57,189 nt of DNA from a bacterium (GTDB lineage Bacteria; Patescibacteriota; Saccharimonadia; Saccharimonadales; UBA4665), in the NCBI GenBank assembly GCA_021811685.1, contig JAJZNT010000022.1, forward strand, positions 1-57,189, in the 5' to 3' direction. Every line of letters begins with the position of its first letter. Position 1 is the stretch's first letter. A model generated the notes under the pieces. That model was given only the letters and a program-made list of their open reading frames with translations. It was not told where the DNA came from and searched no databases. The position numbers and the translations under genes are program-made. Below are positions 47,623 to 53,997 of the stretch, in pieces.

Positions 47623-48252
47623 ATGTTTGGCAGCCTGACGGTTACAGAAATAATATATTTCATACTAGCTCTGTTGATCAGCATGATCATTCATGAGGTA
47701 ATGCACGGTGTTACCGCAAGGGCGCTAGGCGATACTACTGCGGCGGATATGGGCAGATTGACGCTTAATCCACTTAAGCATATTGACGTAATGACTACCA
47801 TTTTGCTTCCCGTAATACTGGTTATAGCCCACATTCCACCAATAATGGCGGCCAAACCGGTACCGTATAACCCGGATCGCTTAAAATTTGATGACTATGG
47901 TGCTGCGTTAGTTGGAATTGCCGGCCCTGTTACTAATTTCTTACTGGCGATAGTCGGGTCCTTATTGCTGCACTTATTCATAAACGGTAACGCGCAGGTT
48001 ATACAATTTCTGGGGTTGTTTATCCAAGTAAATGTTATCTTGATGGTATTTAACTTAATTCCCTTTCCTCCGCTTGACGGATCCAGGGTTCTTTACGCCT
48101 TTGCACCGGAGTCTGTGCGCCGCGTAATGGAGCGCATAGAGTCAATGGGATTTATAGCTGTTCTGTTGCTTATCTTAATCCTGTTTGAGTTTATTGCGCC
48201 GTATATTGTAGGTATCGAGAATTCAGTGCTCAATTTTGTTATAAGTCTCTGA
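47623..48252 (+). CDS. Site-2 protease (M50 family)
   Basis: HEVMH, GRLTLNPL.H, AGP..N, FNLIPFPPLDG. Confidence 0.93.
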   Translation: MFGSLTVTEIIYFILALLISMIIHEVMHGVTARALGDTTAADMGRLTLNPLKHIDVMTTILLPVILVIAHIPPIMAAKPVPYNPDRLKFDDYGAALVGIAGPVTNFLLAIVGSLLLHLFINGNAQVIQFLGLFIQVNVILMVFNLIPFPPLDGSRVLYAFAPESVRRVMERIESMGFIAVLLLILILFEFIAPYIVGIENSVLNFVISL

Positions 48253-48280
48253 CTTGTTTTTTTAGGTATAATGGAAGTTA

Positions 48281-48430
48281 GGTCGGGTTAGGGGCTAAAC
48301 ATTTAACTCCAGCCGAGTAATGATTATCTGAATACGTATAGATAGGGAGCCTTTACCGTGTCAACCGTGGTTAACGCGAGCGGGCACCCACCTGAGGGAT
48401 CTCAGGTTAATCAGCTCGGCAGCCCGGCTT
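48281..48430 (+). ncRNA. ssrS: Probable 6S RNA
   Basis: TATAAT upstream; closing stems GTCGGGTT/AGCCCGGC and GCCGAG/CTCGGC; internal GGGAGC and GGGCACCCACCTG...CAGGTT recalled from Firmicutes-type 6S RNA; T-run at the end. Confidence 0.7.
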
Positions 48431-48450
48431 TTTATGTTAGTGTAAGGTTG

Positions 48451-48525
48451 CGGGGTGTAGCGCAGTGGTAGCGCGTACGGCTGGGGGCCGTGAGGTCGCA
48501 GGTTCAATCCCTGTCACCCCGACCA
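48451..48525 (+). tRNA. tRNA-Pro(GGG)
   Basis: CGGGGTG...TACGG CTGGGGG CCGTG...GGTTCAATCC...CACCCCG A CCA. Confidence 0.95.
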
Positions 48526-48591
48526 AAGTCCTTATATTTATAATTGACAATGTATATACATTTGTATATCATAAGAGCGGAGGACAAGATT

Positions 48592-48840
48592 ATGACAACG
48601 ACATCTAGTATTAAAAAATGGGGCAATAGTTTAGCTCTAAGAATACCTTCTTCGGTAGCTCAAGATTTGGATTTATCAGAAAATAGCATAATACAGATTA
48701 CTAGTGACGGATTAGTTGCTACCATTCGTCCTAAAAAGGCCAAGAAACAATCTCTTAAGTACTTAGTAGCTGCAATAACGCCAGATAATAGACATGAAGA
48801 ACTTGATTGGGGTAAACCAGTGGGCGGAGAGGTATGGTAA
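48592..48840 (+). CDS. mazE: MazE antitoxin
   Basis: IKKWGNSLALRIP, L..LV..IT..N.H.E.DWG.P.G.EVW; SD GGAGG. Confidence 0.92.
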   Translation: MTTTSSIKKWGNSLALRIPSSVAQDLDLSENSIIQITSDGLVATIRPKKAKKQSLKYLVAAITPDNRHEELDWGKPVGGEVW

Positions 48841-49172
48841 GCAAATATATACCCGATAGAGGTGATATAGTTTGGCTAAATTTTAATCCCCAGCAAGGAC
48901 ACGAACAAGCAGGTGTAAGGCCAGCGCTAGTATTGTCACCTAAGAGCTATAATAGGAATTCTAAATTGATGCTTGCATGCCCAATAACATCCAAGGTTAA
49001 GGGATACCCCTTTGAGGTAAGAGTTTTGGCTAAGAAAATTGATGGGGCTGTGTTAGCTGACCAAGTAAAGAATCTTGACTGGACTATAAGGAATGTATCT
49101 TTCGTTGAAAAGGTTCCTTATGATGTCTTAGAACAAGTGAACGAGTTTATTGAGACACTTCTTAGAGATTAG
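48834..49172 (+). CDS. mazF: MazF endoribonuclease toxin
   Basis: YIPDRGDIVWLNFNPQ.GHEQAG.RPALVLSP..YN, CPITS..KGYPFEV, DQVK.LDW. Confidence 0.95.
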   Translation: MVSKYIPDRGDIVWLNFNPQQGHEQAGVRPALVLSPKSYNRNSKLMLACPITSKVKGYPFEVRVLAKKIDGAVLADQVKNLDWTIRNVSFVEKVPYDVLEQVNEFIETLLRD

Positions 49173-49319
49173 TTACAGGATGTAGTCAAGCAGGTATTGG
49201 TGTATTTAGTTATTGTTTTATCTTCAAGGTAATCTGTAAACCAGTATTGTTTTAGCGATTCAAGAAGCCCGTATAGCTATTCAAGTTTAATCGCTCCTGG
49301 TCTACAAATAAAATAAAAA

Positions 49320-49600
49320 TATTAACTTTACTCTATTTTGTCTATTCTTGCCTGGCAAGAGTTAATGACTGGAGCTGCGCTTAACGGTAATGATTCAGAC
49401 AAATTATTGATAAACATCTTAAATGACCTGAGTGCCACAAAATTCATACCAGTTAATCTAAATATTGCTAAGCGGGCAGCATCCTTAGCTAAACGCTGTG
49501 GTAAACAGCTTTGCGGCCACGATGCAGTTCATGTTGCTACGGTAATCGAGCGTAAAGCAAGCTATTTTATGACTAATGATAAAAACTATTGGATATAAAT
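49320..49600 (+). pseudogene. 5'-truncated PIN toxin remnant
   Basis: SILAWQELMTG...IAKRAASL.......HDAVHVAT.......FMTND; no DTN N-terminus. Confidence 0.7.
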
Positions 49601-49733
49601 TTTAAGGAAATTGAAGTGCGCAGTATATAATAGTAATTTCTTTACCGGATTTAAAAGATAAACCCGCCTTTAGTTTTTAGCATAATCCAATACCGGGCTA
49701 TACTATAAAAGTTAACGGATTTTAAAATTCAAT

Positions 49734-50435
49734 ATGTGGCAAGAAACAAAACATAGTCTCTTTAAGCAATTTAATTTCAAAGATTTCAATGAGGCTTTTA
49801 GTTTTATGTCCCAGGTAGCTAAGACCATAAAGGATCAGAGTGATCACTTGAGGTGGGAAAACGAGGGTTCGGTTGTTCAGATCTGGCTATCTACACGTGA
49901 TCAAAACGAGCATATTACGCCAAAGGATAAAGAAATTGCGGAAGAGATCGATAAACTTATTAAAGAAGGCAGGCCTTTAAGCGAATGGGCGGAAGACAAT
50001 GAGCTGCCAGCAAAGGTGAAAAAGAAGATAAAGCTATATGCCGACGGTGGATCAAGGGGAAATCCCGGACCAAGTGCCAGCGGCTATGTTTTACTAGACG
50101 AAGCCGATAAGATCTTAGAAGATAAGGGCGTGTATTTGGGAATAACTACAAATAATCAGGCAGAGTATACTGCTCTAAAGCTTGGCCTGGAGGAGGCCAA
50201 AAAGCGCCAGATAAGCAACATAGACGTATATATGGATAGCTTATTAGTAATAAACCAAATGCGGGGTAGTTTTAAGGTGCGTAACCGCGATTTGTGGCCA
50301 ATACATGCGGCAATTAAAGACCTGGTAAAAGACTTTAAACACATTACCTTTACTCATGTTCCAAGAGAGCTTAATAAACTGGCCGATGCGGCAGTCAACC
50401 GTGCTCTAGATGAAGAACTGGGCATAAGCGGTTAA
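49734..50435 (+). CDS. Pterin-4a-carbinolamine dehydratase-like domain fused to ribonuclease HI
   Basis: N: F.FKDF.EAFSFM..VA...V.I.LST....IT.KD...A..ID; C: YADGGSRGNPGP, TNNQAEY, DS.LV..Q, HVPRE.N..AD. Confidence 0.88.
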   Translation: MWQETKHSLFKQFNFKDFNEAFSFMSQVAKTIKDQSDHLRWENEGSVVQIWLSTRDQNEHITPKDKEIAEEIDKLIKEGRPLSEWAEDNELPAKVKKKIKLYADGGSRGNPGPSASGYVLLDEADKILEDKGVYLGITTNNQAEYTALKLGLEEAKKRQISNIDVYMDSLLVINQMRGSFKVRNRDLWPIHAAIKDLVKDFKHITFTHVPRELNKLADAAVNRALDEELGISG

Positions 50436-50450
50436 TTTTAGTATAATAGT

Positions 50451-50815
50451 AGGAGCCAGATTATCGGTTGGTCGCATGTCTACATAAAGGCATGAGGAAA
50501 GTCCGGGCAGCAAAGGGAAGGACAGTCGTTAACGGCGACCGGGTGTAAGCCCAGGGAAAGTGCCACAGAGACTATACTGCCTTTGTTTTAAAGGTAAGGG
50601 TGAAAAGAGTAGGGTAAGAGCCTACAGTACCCGTTAGTGATATCGGGTAGGGGTAAACCCTGTCTGCTGCAAGGAGATGGATTTTAAAGGCCTAAAGCCT
50701 TAAGTGTCCCGCTCATAAGGATTCATCATTAAATCCGCTTGATCCTGAAGGCAACTTCAGGACTAGATAGATGACCAACTAAAACAGAACCCGGCTTACG
50801 GATAATCTGGCTCCT
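50451..50815 (+). ncRNA. rnpB: RNase P RNA
   Basis: GAGGAAAGTCCGGGC, GGAAAGTGCCACAGA, GGTAAACCC, ACAGAACCCGGCTTA; P1 AGGAGCCAGATTATC/GATAATCTGGCTCCT. Confidence 0.97.
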
Positions 50816-50840
50816 CGTTAGTAATATATTATTTAAAAAA

Positions 50841-51194
50841 CTACTTAGACTTAAGGCTAGTTGCCTTAACTACTTCTGAAAACGCCTGCGGCTCGTTTAC
50901 TGCTAGCTCGGCTAGTATTTTGCGGTCCAAGGTTATATTAGCCTTTTTAAGGCTGGAAATTAACTTGCTGTAGGTAGTGTTGTTATCTCTGGCAGCAGCA
51001 TTAATTCGTGCATTCCAGAGTTGTCTAAAAGTGCGCTTCTTTGTCTTTCGGTCTCTGGTGGCATTCTGCAGAGAACGGGTCACTGCCTGCTTACCTCTTT
51101 TTACACTTACCCGGTTGGGATGCGAATAGCCTCTTGTAGCTTTACGAATCTTATGATGCTTTTTGTGGGCTGTAACGCCTCGTTTTACTCTCAT
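50841..51194 (-). CDS. rplT: 50S ribosomal protein L20
   Basis: [30 protein letters not shown]. Confidence 0.97.
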   Translation of the reverse strand: MRVKRGVTAHKKHHKIRKATRGYSHPNRVSVKRGKQAVTRSLQNATRDRKTKKRTFRQLWNARINAAARDNNTTYSKLISSLKKANITLDRKILAELAVNEPQAFSEVVKATSLKSK

Positions 51195-51222
51195 TATTAA
51201 TTTCTCCTAACGCCTATAAGGC

Positions 51223-51417
51223 TTATGCTCCCATTGAACGTTTAATATTTTTAGCAAAAGAACCTGATCGGGTTTTTAACCCGCTCAAACTGCGCTTTCT
51301 TGAGCCACTCTTCTTACCTAGAAAGTGATTCATGTTAGGGTGTCCGGCACGTACTTTCCCGTTCTTGGTTATTTTGACTCTATCCTTTGTGCCGCTATGA
51401 GTTTTTAACTTAGGCAT
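51223..51417 (-). CDS. rpmI: 50S ribosomal protein L35
   Basis: MPKLKTHSG...R.KIT..GK; between infC and rplT. Confidence 0.96.
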   Translation of the reverse strand: MPKLKTHSGTKDRVKITKNGKVRAGHPNMNHFLGKKSGSRKRSLSGLKTRSGSFAKNIKRSMGA

Positions 51418-51439
51418 ATATCTCCTTAAATATTATGAA

Positions 51440-51958
51440 TTATTTAGTGTGTCCTGAGCCTCTCAGCACAAAACTTAATTGTCTTCCGGCGAGTAGTGGT
51501 TGCTGTTCGACGATCGCCCTGTCGGCAAAGCCCGCTATAACCTTATCTGCCAGCTTAAAGCCGAGTTCTCGATGAGCTTGTTCCCGCCCCCGATAAACTA
51601 TAACCAGTTTAACTTTATGACCTTCTGCTAAAAACTTTTCGACTTTTCCTAGCTTGATTGCTAAATCGTGTTCGCCGATTTTAAGCCCAAAGCGCATTTG
51701 CTTAAGCTCAGTCGATTTATGCGACTTACGATTTTTTTGCTGCTGCTTAGTGCGCTGGTAGTTATATTTCCCCCAGTTAACAATTCGTGCGACTGGCGGA
51801 TTTGTATCGGGCGATACTTCAACTAGGTCTAAATCTTGTTCTCTAGCCTTAGCTAAGGCCTCCTGTCTACTAAGGACACCGAGCTGATTACCGGCTTCGT
51901 CTATGACCCTTAGCTCCGATGCGCGTATCTGTTCGTTTACGCGGGTAACCTTGGTTAT
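51440..51958 (-). CDS. infC: Translation initiation factor IF-3 with non-canonical ATA (or ATT at 51961) start
   Basis: Frame is open upstream of the listed ORF: RVNEQIRASELRVIDEAGNQLGV...DLVEVSP; SD GAGGAG 6 nt before ATA. Confidence 0.93.
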   Translation of the reverse strand: MTKVTRVNEQIRASELRVIDEAGNQLGVLSRQEALAKAREQDLDLVEVSPDTNPPVARIVNWGKYNYQRTKQQQKNRKSHKSTELKQMRFGLKIGEHDLAIKLGKVEKFLAEGHKVKLVIVYRGREQAHRELGFKLADKVIAGFADRAIVEQQPLLAGRQLSFVLRGSGHTK

Positions 51959-52027
51959 AATCTTCTCCTCATTGGCTTATTAATGATGGATTTTAACAGA
52001 TGAACATCTAGGGGTCAACGCCCCCAA

Positions 52028-52185
52028 ACAAAAAACAGCCCCGTCGGCCTTGGGGGCGGGGCAAGCTTTAGTTGTTTGGGTTTGTTTAAACAGATTTTGT
52101 TGAGTTTCATGGAACAACGGCTTGCGAGAAGCCGTTGTTTCAGATTGCTTTTTGTTTTTGAGCACTTTTTTTATTCAAGTGCTAA
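52028..52185 (-). ncRNA. Candidate three-hairpin small RNA upstream of infC
   Basis: TTGACG - 17 nt - TATATT promoter; hairpins at 52161-83, 52113-40 and 52038-62 plus T-run. Confidence 0.45.
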
Positions 52186-52428
52186 TGAATAATATATCCC
52201 CTCAAACATACCTCGTCAATATTCTTTGTGCTTAAATTTTTACTAAACCTGTGCATAACTTTTGGCGGCACAAAATTAAAATTACCAAATATTGCCATTA
52301 TGCGGCCGTGGTGTTTGAGAAGTCTATGCCTGAAGATTACAACGAAATACAAAATCTATAATATTACGCGGCTACAACATGATAGCAAGTAAAACTAGCA
52401 TGGAATGCATAAGTAGTTATGTTTAGAG

Positions 52429-52821
52429 TTAAAAGGTTAGGTGACTCAGGCCGTAATAAAAATAAATCGCTACCCCAATGGGAATAATAATAACTAAACT
52501 TCCTGCTAAGTAATATAAAATCTTTTGAAAAACAGTAACTCTAGTAGAGCTGGCCTTATAGGAGTCAGCTAATTTAACTGCTACGTAAATCATGGCGAGG
52601 TAAGCAAGAAAAGGGAATAAGCCTAAAAAGTGATACAGTGAGCCGTTTGTATTAATGCTTGTAAAGCTAAGCAGATAGACCCAAACTAACAAACCCAAGC
52701 TAAGAAGCAAGTAGGCATAAAAGCAATACAGCCAAGCTTTAAATGGCGGTAGCTTATCCTGACGTTTTACAATCGCTATTATTGCTATAGCGAGGACTGG
52801 AGCAAATACATAGCCGTACAC
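52429..52821 (-). CDS. Hypothetical 4-TM membrane protein
   Basis: 130-aa hydrophobic ORF. Confidence 0.6.
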   Translation of the reverse strand: MYGYVFAPVLAIAIIAIVKRQDKLPPFKAWLYCFYAYLLLSLGLLVWVYLLSFTSINTNGSLYHFLGLFPFLAYLAMIYVAVKLADSYKASSTRVTVFQKILYYLAGSLVIIIPIGVAIYFYYGLSHLTF

Positions 52822-52987
52822 TGGCTAATAATAACATGCCTATGCTTTAAATGAATTTGGGTGAACTTTGAATCTAAAATATCCTATAGTCATCGTAATA
52901 TTACTATAAATGGCTGGACATACTTGTCGCCTAAGCTTGGGCACTACACATTCTTGACATTTTAGTGCCGCCATGGTAGTTTATTTA

Positions 52988-53165
52988 TGTAAGTCCAAAA
53001 ACAAAAACAACTTACAATTTAAACAACTTTTCCATGCGAGATGGAAGTTGATCGTCGCTCATTATCGCCTTAACGGGCGGTTTGAGCGGTCAGTCTTAGC
53101 CGTGGGTGATAAGCGCTTATTAATCATAATTTTAGAGCGGATTTATCACCTAGGCTCCAAATTTC
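52988..53165 (+). ncRNA. Candidate four-hairpin structured RNA
   Basis: TTGACA 52954 - 17 nt - TAGTTT; consecutive stems at 52988-53016, 53024-50, 53050-91 and 53098-156. Confidence 0.45.
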
Positions 53166-53211
53166 TTTAAAAATTAAGTAACTTTATAAATTCAGCAATA
53201 CTTTCCGGCCA

Positions 53212-53586
53212 ATGAAACGCATAAGCGCGAACACTCCCGTACGTAAAATATTATTAATAATTATGCTTATATTGGCTGATGCGCTCTTCTTTTTACTTAA
53301 TGATCCATATAAGCTCCCGGCCACATTAATGTTATTAGGATTTGTGTTGTGCGGTCTGAGTGTTTATTTATTGTGCAAAATTGGCGCCAGAGTAATTAAA
53401 GCTATTGGCTTTATAAAGGAGGAGCGTCATCTTGTCATTGTAGCTACAAGTGCTCTAGTTACTATGGTTTTAATTCTCCAAGCCCTAGGACAGTTATCGT
53501 TTAGGGACATTGTTGCACTGCTGGCATTAACGGCAGTGGCATATTTCTACTTCACAAGAGTTAGTCCCCAAAAACTTCAATCTTAA
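53212..53586 (+). CDS. Hypothetical 4-TM membrane protein
   Basis: Hydrophobic ORF, LQALGQLSFRD motif. Confidence 0.7.
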   Translation: MKRISANTPVRKILLIIMLILADALFFLLNDPYKLPATLMLLGFVLCGLSVYLLCKIGARVIKAIGFIKEERHLVIVATSALVTMVLILQALGQLSFRDIVALLALTAVAYFYFTRVSPQKLQS

Positions 53587-53619
53587 CCCTAACAGGTCAA
53601 GAACTGTATAATAGTATGC

Positions 53620-53991
53620 ATGGATCCCCAACAGAGCATGCCGAGTTTTGATTTGCCACCTATTAACAGTGAGGCTACGGGTGGAATTGTCAATAATCCG
53701 ATTATGGCTCAGAATGATCAACCCCAACCGGTTAACGGCGGTGTTCCAACCTTTACAGCTCCTCCAATGGCTACAAATCCGCAGTATCTTCAGGACTCAA
53801 CATCTGTTCAAAATGTCGCATCTCCGGCCGTGGCTAATGATATAGATTTGATGGAGAAAGAGTGGGCTAATAGGGTGCGGGAGATTAATCAAGCTACAAA
53901 CGGCGACCCATACGAGAAGTCCAGGCAACTCGCTTTATTAAAAGGAGAATACTTGCAGAAGCGGTATCAAAAGACGCTTAAGTCGACGTAA
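53620..53991 (+). CDS. Hypothetical protein (CPR-type, precedes the ATPase)
   Basis: Low-complexity N-terminus then A.D.DL.EKEW..........T..DPY......ALLK..YLQKRY. Confidence 0.72.
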   Translation: MDPQQSMPSFDLPPINSEATGGIVNNPIMAQNDQPQPVNGGVPTFTAPPMATNPQYLQDSTSVQNVASPAVANDIDLMEKEWANRVREINQATNGDPYEKSRQLALLKGEYLQKRYQKTLKST

Positions 53992-53997
53992 ATATAT

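Noticed and set aside
48526..49733. tRNA-Pro 3'-end duplication closing the mazEF island
   Set aside because: No copy of CACCCCGACCA was found downstream, so an att scar is not supported here.
51980..53170. ORFs 51980..52165 and 52973..53170 as proteins
   Set aside because: They run through promoters, hairpins and terminators, lack SDs or motifs, and are better explained as structured RNA regions.
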